DNA from: an uncultured Faecalibacterium sp. | Lineage (GTDB): Bacteria; Bacillota; Clostridia; Christensenellales; CAG-917 | Length of the DNA: 64,000 bases | Assembly: GCA_964495385.1 (NCBI GenBank) | Contig: CAZBVO010000001.1 | Coordinates: 2,127 to 66,126 of the forward strand | Direction of reading: 5' to 3' | Shown here: piece by piece, positions 49,774 to 57,800 of the stretch | Position numbering within the stretch: the stretch's first letter is position 1 | Layout: each line of letters opens with the position of its first letter | Notes under the pieces: model-generated | Database searches by the model: none | Told to the model about the DNA's origin: nothing | The model's input: the letters and a program-made list of their open reading frames with translations, nothing else | Position numbers and translations under genes: made by a program

Positions 49774-51203
49774 TTTTTGTTCCTTTTGTTAAGTTTAATA
49801 AGACATTCGATATCTCGCTGGATTTCGGTTTTTTGCAATTTCGAGGCGTGCGGCACGGGATCGGACATAACAAAATACCTGAGTTCGTCCAAAGCGTGAT
49901 CGTCGATTTTTTTCGGTCTGTCGCCCTCCGCCCACGCATAGCCTTTAAGTTCGCGAATAAGGTTCACGCAGGAAGAAAAAATTGCGATTTTCGGCGGCCT
50001 TGCGGCAAAAAGATTTTTCAGTTTTGCAATTCCCGAAAACAAATCCTTGTTGACTTTTGCGTTCACGATTATGCCTTTTTCGCAAAACAGTTCCGACACG
50101 CTTTTTTTGGATGCAAGCGTTTTTTGGTTGGCCGCGCTGTCTATCAACGCATGAAGTCGGCCTTTCGAGTCACGCTTCCAGCCGATGGCGTCGGCGATTT
50201 TTTTGATTTTTTCGACGTGGTAATCTATTTCCCTTCCCGCTTCGTAGTGTTCCGCCACGACGTAAATCACTCCGTCACCGTCAACTGCGTAAAAGTGGCA
50301 GCTGAGCGGATTATTTAAGCCGGGATCGACGGATATATCCGCCTGCCATTCCTCGGGAACGTCAAAAGGATCGACAACGTGAACGTTGACGTCAAATTCC
50401 GGATAAACAAGGCCGTTCAAGCGTTTAAACCGTCCGTATCTTCTGGTTTCTTTCACGTCGTCCGACAGCGAATCGGACAGCGTTTTAACCTCGTTTTCGT
50501 CCAAAAATGGATTGTCCGCCCACTCCATCTGCTCGTACCAAACCTCGGGATTTCCGCCTTGATTCAAATAAATCTCGTCGTACACCCAGGTCTGGCCTTT
50601 AAGCGGAGTCATCGTTCCGAAAAGGTCGCCTTTTTTGTCCAGAACACGCATTTGACATTCCCTGTAAACGTCCTCCGGCGGCTCCTCGTCGAACCACACG
50701 AAATCCAGCGACGCACCCTGAAATTTTTCTCGCCCCTGATCGGCGGACTTAAAGCCCAACGTCGACCTGCCTCCAAACACGTTTTTCACCACGATTTTGT
50801 CGATAACGCCCGTTTCGGGGCTGTCCTTTTTGCCCGAAAGCATCACGATATCCTCAATCCAATCGGCCGACAGATACGACATTATCTTTTTTTGCGCCAC
50901 CTCCCGTTGCACCTCGTAACTCACCGAAACGGCCCATCCCTCGACGTTGTCTCTGTTTTGCCGATAGGGATGAATGCCTCTCAGCATCCAAACCGTCTCC
51001 ACCGCTCCGCATTCCGTTTTACCGCTTCTGTTGCCGCCGAAAACCCACCTGTTCCGTTTTTGACATTTGTGAAAATCCAGCTGTTTTTGATGCTTGATTT
51101 GCCCGGAATTATATTGTTGCAAACGTTTTTTACCCTTTCGTTTTTCCAGCTCGGCCTCTATTTCCAAAATGCGTATAATCCTTTCTTTTTCCGAATTTGC
51201 CAT
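49770..51203 (-). CDS. terL: phage terminase large subunit
   Basis: 477 aa with Walker A GGNRSGKTE, Walker B LDFVWFDEEP and a C-terminal RNase-H-like nuclease region. RBS is AGGAG. Confidence 0.88.
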   Translation of the reverse strand: MANSEKERIIRILEIEAELEKRKGKKRLQQYNSGQIKHQKQLDFHKCQKRNRWVFGGNRSGKTECGAVETVWMLRGIHPYRQNRDNVEGWAVSVSYEVQREVAQKKIMSYLSADWIEDIVMLSGKKDSPETGVIDKIVVKNVFGGRSTLGFKSADQGREKFQGASLDFVWFDEEPPEDVYRECQMRVLDKKGDLFGTMTPLKGQTWVYDEIYLNQGGNPEVWYEQMEWADNPFLDENEVKTLSDSLSDDVKETRRYGRFKRLNGLVYPEFDVNVHVVDPFDVPEEWQADISVDPGLNNPLSCHFYAVDGDGVIYVVAEHYEAGREIDYHVEKIKKIADAIGWKRDSKGRLHALIDSAANQKTLASKKSVSELFCEKGIIVNAKVNKDLFSGIAKLKNLFAARPPKIAIFSSCVNLIRELKGYAWAEGDRPKKIDDHALDELRYFVMSDPVPHASKLQKTEIQRDIECLIKLNKRNKK

Positions 51204-51280
51204 AATACTCCTAAAAATGCTTTATTTTTGCAGACATTTGGTATATAATTTAATGTGTATAAGTATTTAATGAGGTAACT

Positions 51281-52324
51281 ATGAAGCGCTTAATTTTGCT
51301 TACCGCAATTTTGTCACTCTTTGTTGCGGCAATCATACCTACAACCGAAGCCGTTGCCGTCGCCGACTCGACGACGCTTGTAACCGGAGAGTATCTTAAA
51401 GTTGACGAATCCGTCACCTTAATTTCGGCAAACTTCAGCAAAAACGAGATTTTTACCGTTCCTGCATCCTACTACGTTCAGTATCTCGGCTATGACGAAG
51501 ACAACGAAATTCATCTGTTCAAGTATATGGACGTCGAAGGCACTCTTTCGGACAGCGACGTTCAAAAGCTTTCCAAGCAAACCGACAGCGACTTTCAAGA
51601 TGCCGAAACCGACCGCAATCCTAATTTGGATCTCACCGTCGTAACCGACATCACCGACGTAAGCATCGTCGCCATAAAAAGCACCAAAAACGGCAAGAAA
51701 TCCGAAGTCGCCGTAGCCGATTTTTCGGCAGGCACCGCCTTCACTTTCTACGGATTTTTAAATCACGACGCCACCGATTATGCCTTTGTTAAGGGCGCAG
51801 ACGGAAGTTACTGGTACATCCCTACCTCCGTTTTGCTGGTGACCTCGGTTGAAGGAAGCACCGTAAACGCCGAAAGGCTGTCGTCCTACACTCTGCCGCA
51901 ACACTACTATTCCCGTCCGCCGGTCGAAATCATCGATCCGTCCGACAACCAAAACAGCGGCGGCACAAGCGGTTCGAACAATCTTTTGAACGTCGACAAC
52001 AACGTGCTTCGCATCATGCTTATCATCGGAATAGTTCTGCCGGCAGTCATCATAATGTTTTTGCTTTTCAAGCCGGTTGCCAAAAAGAAAGGCGGCTACG
52101 ACTACGACCGCAACAGAAGTTACGATCAAGGCCCGTCCCCTTACGACCAACCGCGCAGCCGTTATCGCGATGACGATTATTACGACCGCAGGTATCGCCG
52201 AGACGACCGCTACGACAACCGCGACCGCCGTGACGACCGCAACTACCGTGACGACCGCGATTACCGCGATTATCGCGACTACCGTGACGACCGTGATCGC
52301 CGCGACTACGACGACCGCTATTGA
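51281..52324 (+). CDS. signal-peptide/TM protein with SH3-like ectodomain repeats and an Arg-Asp-Tyr repeat cytoplasmic tail
   Basis: It has a signal peptide MKRLILLTAILSLFVAAIIPTTEA, a ~230-aa ectodomain, a TM segment LRIMLIIGIVLPAVIIMFLLF and an 84-aa tail (…RYRRDDRYDNRDRRDDRNYRDDRDYRDYRDYRDDRDRRDYDDRY). RBS is GAGGT. It is the only plus-strand gene in the island. Confidence 0.7.
   Translation: MKRLILLTAILSLFVAAIIPTTEAVAVADSTTLVTGEYLKVDESVTLISANFSKNEIFTVPASYYVQYLGYDEDNEIHLFKYMDVEGTLSDSDVQKLSKQTDSDFQDAETDRNPNLDLTVVTDITDVSIVAIKSTKNGKKSEVAVADFSAGTAFTFYGFLNHDATDYAFVKGADGSYWYIPTSVLLVTSVEGSTVNAERLSSYTLPQHYYSRPPVEIIDPSDNQNSGGTSGSNNLLNVDNNVLRIMLIIGIVLPAVIIMFLLFKPVAKKKGGYDYDRNRSYDQGPSPYDQPRSRYRDDDYYDRRYRRDDRYDNRDRRDDRNYRDDRDYRDYRDYRDDRDRRDYDDRY
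52141..52321 (+). repeat. imperfect tandem CGN-GAC/TAC coding repeats (RD/Y low-complexity tail)
   Basis: Runs of cgcgac/cgtgac/cgcgat/taccgc units. The absence of stop codons in several frames produces four overlapping spurious track ORFs here. Confidence 0.85.
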
Positions 52325-52329
52325 AACCC

Positions 52330-52357
52330 ACCGCACCGTTTCGGTGCGGTTTTATTT
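52330..52357. terminator. terminator between the convergent RD-tail gene and the island regulator gene
   Basis: ACCGCACCG (52330-52338) / CGGTGCGGT (52342-52350), followed by TTTATTTG on the plus strand. It abuts the regulator's stop codon at 52352. Confidence 0.65.
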
Positions 52358-52852
52358 GCCCGAAATTTCGGCGAGTTTCTCCTCCGAGCGGCGTTTTTCA
52401 AGTTCGTAAAGAGGCATCGACTTAAACTCGTCTTTTAGTGCCGCAAATTCTCTGCTTTCCGCCAAAAGCGTTGCCAGCTGTCTGGTTGCGGCGTCGTAAC
52501 GTCTGAAACAATTTCGAAGCGACCAGCCCGCCTTGTCGGCGATATCGGCAAATTGCAAATGTTCGACAAATCTTTGCGTCAACAGTTTTTCGTCCTCGGT
52601 TTTTGACAGGATTTTTTCGACGACCGAACGAAAACGGAGGTAGGTTTCCTTTGTTTCAATCAGATCGATGATTTTGTTGCATTGGTCAAGCGTCGACGAG
52701 CCGCGCTTATAGTTGAAGCTTGCCAACGCCGATTTCAAAATCTGTCTTTCGATGGCTCTGATTGCGCCTGCCGTTTTTGCGTAAACACGCATAACGATCT
52801 TTGCTTCTTCTGTTTCCCAAACGGTCGGGCAAAGTTGCGAATTGTTTGTCAT
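52352..52852 (-). CDS. phage late-gene activator candidate (RinA/ArpU/sigma-70 region-4-like)
   Basis: 166 aa. The segment LLTQRFVEHLQFADIADKAGWSLRNCFRRYDAATRQLATLL has the look of a sigma region-4 HTH, as in RinA/DUF1492-type phage activators. It is the first gene of the island. RBS is GGAGA. Confidence 0.5.
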   Translation of the reverse strand: MTNNSQLCPTVWETEEAKIVMRVYAKTAGAIRAIERQILKSALASFNYKRGSSTLDQCNKIIDLIETKETYLRFRSVVEKILSKTEDEKLLTQRFVEHLQFADIADKAGWSLRNCFRRYDAATRQLATLLAESREFAALKDEFKSMPLYELEKRRSEEKLAEISGK

Positions 52853-52885
52853 AAGTGGTTCTCCTTTCCTTCGAATTTATCGTCT

Positions 52886-52938
52886 TTCTAAAAATTCAAC
52901 CCACCCGAAATTGCGGGAAGGTTGAATTTATTTTTGCC
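52886..52938. terminator. compound hairpin/terminator in the 5' leader of the island regulator gene
   Basis: AATTCAACC (52893-52901) .. CCCG..CGGG .. GGTTGAATT (52920-52928). TTTAG follows on the minus strand and TATTTTTG follows on the plus strand. It lies between the predicted promoter and the ORF. Confidence 0.55.
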
Positions 52939-52969
52939 CGAATCGGGGCTTATGGGGTGCGATGTGCCT

Positions 52970-52999
52970 ATCTTAACGCCGAAAAACTGCATTTGTCAA
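52970..52999 (-). promoter_or_regulatory. candidate sigma-A promoter for the island regulator (TTGACA-18-TAAGAT)
   Basis: Complement of 52994-52999 is TTGACA. After an 18-nt spacer, the complement of 52970-52975 is TAAGAT. The -35 is embedded in TTTGTCAAA (52992-53000). Confidence 0.5.
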
Positions 53000-53049
53000 A
53001 CTTTTATGACATCAAACGGCAAGGCATATTTTGCAATATTTTGATTTCG

Positions 53050-53088
53050 TTTGTCGAATTTTAAAAGTACTTAAATATATTTGTCGAA
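53050..53088 (+). promoter_or_regulatory. two exact TTTGTCGAA motifs 30 bp apart (Spo0A 0A-box-like)
   Basis: TTTGTCGAA occurs at 53050-53058 and 53080-53088 in an AT-rich spacer upstream of the regulator promoter. The core TGTCGAA equals the classical 0A box. Confidence 0.4.
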
Positions 53089-53154
53089 ATATGTTGAAAT
53101 CAATACAAAATCCACAGAAATTATCAAATAAAACTGTAAAATAAATTTTTTTGA

Positions 53155-53188
53155 CACAAAAAATCGCAACGCCGTTTGCGTTGCGATT
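53155..53188 (-). terminator. rho-independent terminator after the rluA-family gene (right edge of the island)
   Basis: AATCGCAACGC (53162-53172) / GCGTTGCGATT (53178-53188), followed on the minus strand by TTTTTGTGTC. Confidence 0.7.
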
Positions 53189-53212
53189 CAAATTAAACTA
53201 TTTACCCCCGGC

Positions 53213-53932
53213 TTATGCTCTGCCGTCCGACAAAAATGTTTCGACGTTAAAATATTTCCAAGGTCTTTCGTCTTCAGGCGGATAAACTCTGAAAACCATC
53301 TGCGCGTCCTTCACCGGATGTTTAAACCTAAGCTCGGTGGCCCAAAGTGCGAGGTTGCAATTTGCCTTCGGCCTCGAGCCGGAGTACTTGACGTCCCCCA
53401 CAAGCGGATGACCTATGTGCGCCATTTGAACCCTTATCTGATGGCTTCTGCCCGTATCCAATTTTACCAAACAAAGGCTGATGCGGCTGCTTTCGTCGCT
53501 GCAAAGCAACTTGTAATCCAATTCCGCACGCTTCGCCCCTTCGGTCAGCATCGGCACGACGGACACGACGTTCGACGTTTCGTCCTTTTTCAAAAAGTTT
53601 GACAAATGTGCCTGCCTGTCCTTTGGAACTCCGTACACTACCGCCAGGTATTTTTTGTCGACTTCGCCGTCGGAAATTGCCTTGCAAAGTCTTGCGGCGG
53701 CTTTGGAGGTTTTTGCAAAAACCATAACTCCGCCCGTCGGACGGTCCAGCCTTTGAACCAGCCCCAAATAAGCCTCGCCCGGCTTTTGATAGGTTTCCTG
53801 CAAATATTGCTTCAACATCGAAAGCATATCCGGATCCTTGCTGCTGTCGGCCTGAACGGGAACATTCTGCGGCTTCACCACAACCAGAATGTGATTGTCT
53901 TCATAAACGATTTTAATGTCTTTGTAGTCCAT
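53213..53932 (-). CDS. RluA-family pseudouridine synthase
   Basis: 239 aa with VHRLDRPTGG-like (VQRLDRPTGGVMV) catalytic Asp motif and HQIRVQMAHIGHPLVGD. Confidence 0.88.
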   Translation of the reverse strand: MDYKDIKIVYEDNHILVVVKPQNVPVQADSSKDPDMLSMLKQYLQETYQKPGEAYLGLVQRLDRPTGGVMVFAKTSKAAARLCKAISDGEVDKKYLAVVYGVPKDRQAHLSNFLKKDETSNVVSVVPMLTEGAKRAELDYKLLCSDESSRISLCLVKLDTGRSHQIRVQMAHIGHPLVGDVKYSGSRPKANCNLALWATELRFKHPVKDAQMVFRVYPPEDERPWKYFNVETFLSDGRA

Positions 53933-53946
53933 ATTATTCTCCTCGG

Positions 53947-54810
53947 TTACTTGTTGAAAACGGCAAACGCACTTGCTCCTGCCGGCAGAATCATTCCGCC
54001 CTCTTCGGTCGGAAGGCCGATTTCGTCGGCATCGATGACCGCATCCGTACCCAGCGCACGGGTTAAGATGTTGGCCATAACGGTGGGTTGCAAACCCGTT
54101 GTATAGCTGTTTATCAAATAAAACAGCGGCTTATCCGACAACAAATCTTTGGTAAGTTTGACCAAATCGAAAATGCTGTCCTCGATTTTCCAAGTCTCGC
54201 CGTTAGGCCCGCGCCCGAAACTCGGCGGATCCATAATCACCGCATCGTATTTGCGGCCTCGCTTTATTTCGCGTCTGACAAACTTTTCGCAATCGTCTAT
54301 TATGTATCTGACGGGTTTGTTCTCCAGGCCCGAAAGGCGGATGTTTTCGCCTGCCCGTTCAACCATGGCTTTTGCGCTGTCCACGTGGCAAACCTTCGCC
54401 CCTGCCGACAGACACGCAACCGTTGCGCCGCCGGTGTAAGCAAACAGATTCAAAACCTCGATAGGCCTGCCTGCCCCTTTTATAAGGTCAATCATTCTGG
54501 CCCAGTTTACGGCCTGCTCAGGAAACAGTCCCGTGTGCTTAAAGCCCATAAGCTTAAGTTTGAATTTCAAATCACGCCAGCCGACGACAAAATCGGACGG
54601 CATTTTGCCGTTGTAGTGCCAAGCGCCGCCGCCCGTTTCGCTGCGAGTGTAGTAAGCGGTAAGCCCTTTGTAATTTTTCAACGGGAAAGCCGCAGGCCAA
54701 ATAACCTGCGGATCGGGACGAAGCAAAATATACTTGCCCCACCTTTCCAATTTTTCTCCGTCTCCCGTAGCGATGACGGAATAGTCGGTCCACTCGTTGT
54801 TAAATTTCAT
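53947..54810 (-). CDS. class I SAM-dependent RNA methyltransferase (COG1092/RlmI-K-like catalytic domain)
   Basis: 287 aa with SAM-binding VLNLFAYTGGATVA and a DPPSFG motif typical of this rRNA methyltransferase group. Confidence 0.75.
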   Translation of the reverse strand: MKFNNEWTDYSVIATGDGEKLERWGKYILLRPDPQVIWPAAFPLKNYKGLTAYYTRSETGGGAWHYNGKMPSDFVVGWRDLKFKLKLMGFKHTGLFPEQAVNWARMIDLIKGAGRPIEVLNLFAYTGGATVACLSAGAKVCHVDSAKAMVERAGENIRLSGLENKPVRYIIDDCEKFVRREIKRGRKYDAVIMDPPSFGRGPNGETWKIEDSIFDLVKLTKDLLSDKPLFYLINSYTTGLQPTVMANILTRALGTDAVIDADEIGLPTEEGGMILPAGASAFAVFNK

Positions 54811-54812
54811 GC

Positions 54813-57800
54813 CTAACCTATTTTCTTAACCGAAAGCATTACGTTTTCGCCGTTGATATCCCATTCTTTTACGTAGCCGTCAAGCTCGTCGACGACGTCT
54901 TCGGCAAGCGTAACGCGCTTGACAAATGCGTTTGCGATAGCGGCCTGTTTGATCTCGTCGGAAGCTTTAAGTCCGATGACGATGTGGTCAACAACCTCGA
55001 AGCCGGCTTCTTTGCGCATTGTCTGAACCTTCGAAACGATTTCCCTTGCCAAGCCTTCGCTGACAAGTTCCGGCGTAACGGCAGTGTTCAAAATAACGGT
55101 GACGTCGCCTTCCGTTTCGGCGGCGAAGCCTTCGCGATCTTTTACCGACACAAGCAAATCGTCTTTTGAAAATTCAACGGTTTTTCCGTCAATTTCGGTG
55201 GTATAAACCCCGTTTTCGATTGCATCGACAATTTCAAAACCGTCTGCCGAAGCCAAAAACGCCTTGATTTTCCCAAGCAACGGACCGTATTTAGGCCCTA
55301 TGGTTTTCAGTTGCGGTTTAAGTTCATAGGTGATAAATTCTCTGTCGCTTGCACTTGACGAAACCTCCTTAACGTTCAATTCGTCTGCAACCAACGCTTT
55401 CAATTCGTCGGTCAGAGGTTTGCCCTTGACGTACAAAACGCTGAGCGGTTGACGGTTCTTGACGTTTGCCTTATTGCGGCAAGCACGCCCCAACGTAACC
55501 ACCTTTATAACCTCTTTCATGCCGTCCTCGAGGCTCTTGTCGATGGCCGTAAAATCGGCCTTCGGGAACTGGCACAGGTGCACCGAAACGGGTGCGTTTT
55601 TGTCAAAGTTTTTAGCAAGGTTCTGATAAATCTGCTCAGCCATAAACGGAACGAACGGAGCTATCACCTTTGACAATTCGATGAGGACGTGCGACAAAGT
55701 GGTGTATGCCGCCTCTTTGTCCTTGGTCATATCGCTGCCCCAGAAACGTTCTCTCGAGCGGCGGACGTACCAGTTGGACAAATCGTCCACGAAATCGCCT
55801 ATTGCCCTTGCGCTTTCGGTGATTTTATATTCGTTAAGTGCTTCGTCGACGTATGCGATAAGGCTGTTTAACGACGACAGCAACCACTTATCCATAGTGG
55901 TGAGTTGCTGATCTTCCAGCTTATGTTCGCACGGATTGAATTTGTCGATATCCGCATACAAAACGTAAAAAGCATAAGTGTTCCACAGCGTGCCCATAAA
56001 CTTGCGTTGCGCTTCGCTTACGTTGTCCGCCGAGAATCTGGACGGCAACCAAGGTGCGCTTGCGGTGTAGAAATACCATCTCACGGCATCTGCGCCCTGC
56101 ACGTCCAAAACGCTGAACGGATCAACCACGTTGCCCTTATGTTTGCTCATTTTGATGCCGTTTTTGTCGTTAACGTGGCCCAAAACGATGCAGTTTTCAA
56201 ACGGATTTTTGTCAAACAGCAAGGTGGAAATTGCCAAAAGCGTGTAGAACCAACCTCTTGTCTGATCGACTGCTTCCGAAATGAAGTTTGCCGGGAAAAC
56301 CTTTTCAAAAGTTTCCTTGTTTTCAAACGGATAGTGCCATTGAGCAAACGGCATGCTGCCGCTGTCGTACCAGCAGTCCATAACTTCCGGAGTTCTTCTG
56401 AAAGTTCCGCCGCAATCGCAATCCCAAGTTATAGGATCCAAATACGGTTTATGCAGTTCCGGAGCTTTTTCAAGGCCCGCAAGTTCGCAAAGTTCTTTTC
56501 TGCTTCCGATGACGTGACGTTTGCCGCACTTGTCGCAAATCCAGATAGGCAACGGAGTTCCCCAATAGCGTTCTCTGCTAAATCCCCAGTCGATAACGTT
56601 TTCAAGGAAGTTGCCCATGCGGCCATTTTTGATGGATGCAGGCATCCAGTTGACGGCGTTGTTGTTTTTGAGCAAGTTATCCCTCACAGCCGTCATTTTT
56701 ATAAACCAGCTGCTGCGAGCAAAGTAAATAAGCGGAGTGTCGCAACGCCAGCAGAACGGATAGCTGTGTTCGAATTCGGCCTTTTTGAACAAAAGTCCTG
56801 CCTCTTTCAGCTTTCTCAAAACCACCTTGTCGGCGTCTTTGACAAACAAACCTTCCAAATCTTCTCCGCACTCGGCGGTCATTTTGCCTCTGGTGTCGAC
56901 AAATTGAACCAGTGGCAAGCCGTAAGCACGACCTACCTGAGTGTCGTCCTCACCGAACGCCGGAGCGATATGTACCACGCCCGTACCGTCGGTAGTGGTA
57001 ACGTACTCGGCATTTGTGACGAAAAACGCTTTTTTGCCTTCCTTATAAAAGTCGAAAAGCGGCTCGTATTCGACGTATTCGTAGTCCTTACCTTTTTTTC
57101 TGTCGACAATTTCGTAATCTTCAAAAAGGCTCGGAACAAGCGATTCGGCAAGAATATACTTTTCGTCGCCGACCTTGATTTTGACGTAATCGGTTTTTGC
57201 GTTCATGCACAGGGCAACGTTGGACGGGAGCGTCCAAGGAGTGGTTGTCCAAGCGAGGAAGAACGTCCCTTCCTCCCCTTTGACCTTAAACTTAACGTAA
57301 GCGGACGTATCCTTGACGTCCTTATATCCCTGAGCAACCTCGTGGCTGGACAAAGCCGTTCCGCATCTCGGGCAGTAAGGCACAACCTTGTGTCCCTTGT
57401 AGATGAGGTCTTTTTTGTCGATTTCCTTCAAACTCCACCACACCGACTCGATGTAGTTGTCGTCGTAAGTGACGTACGGATTGTCCATATCCGCCCAATA
57501 GCCTACTCTGTCGGACATGACCTCCCATTCGTGCTTATATTTCCAAACACTTTCCTTGCACTTTTGAATAAAAGGTTCGACGCCGTATTTTTCGATTTCG
57601 GGTTTTCCGTCGATGCCCAAAAGCTTTTCGACTTCCAGCTCGACAGGCAAACCGTGAGTGTCCCAACCGGCCTTTCTGAGGACGTGGTAGCCCTTCATGG
57701 TTTTGTAACGAGGGATAATATCCTTCATAACACGGGTGAGAATATGTCCGATGTGCGGTTTTCCGTTGGCCGTAGGAGGGCCGTCGAAGAAACTGAATTC

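Larger units (their letters stand above)
41763..52999 (-). mobile_element. phage-derived island: head/neck morphogenesis plus holin operon with its own regulator; no integrase, replication or immunity genes (defective prophage or domesticated GTA-like locus)
   Basis: A contiguous block of phage-type genes (TerL, portal, scaffold, capsid, holins) is bounded by terminators at 41735-41765 and 53155-53188 and by core genes (murG side, rluA/ileS side). Confidence 0.8.

Noticed and set aside
52141-52321. Tandem short repeats, considered as a possible CRISPR array or VNTR.
   Set aside because: The units are ~6 nt, degenerate and in frame within a CDS. There are no repeat-spacer units of 25-40 nt and no cas genes in the window.
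51758-52409. Four overlapping track ORFs in three frames over the 3' end of the RD-tail gene.
   Set aside because: They are artefacts of the CGN-GAC/TAC repeat tract, which lacks stop codons in several frames. Only the plus-strand frame is continuous with a signal peptide, TM segment, RBS and terminator.
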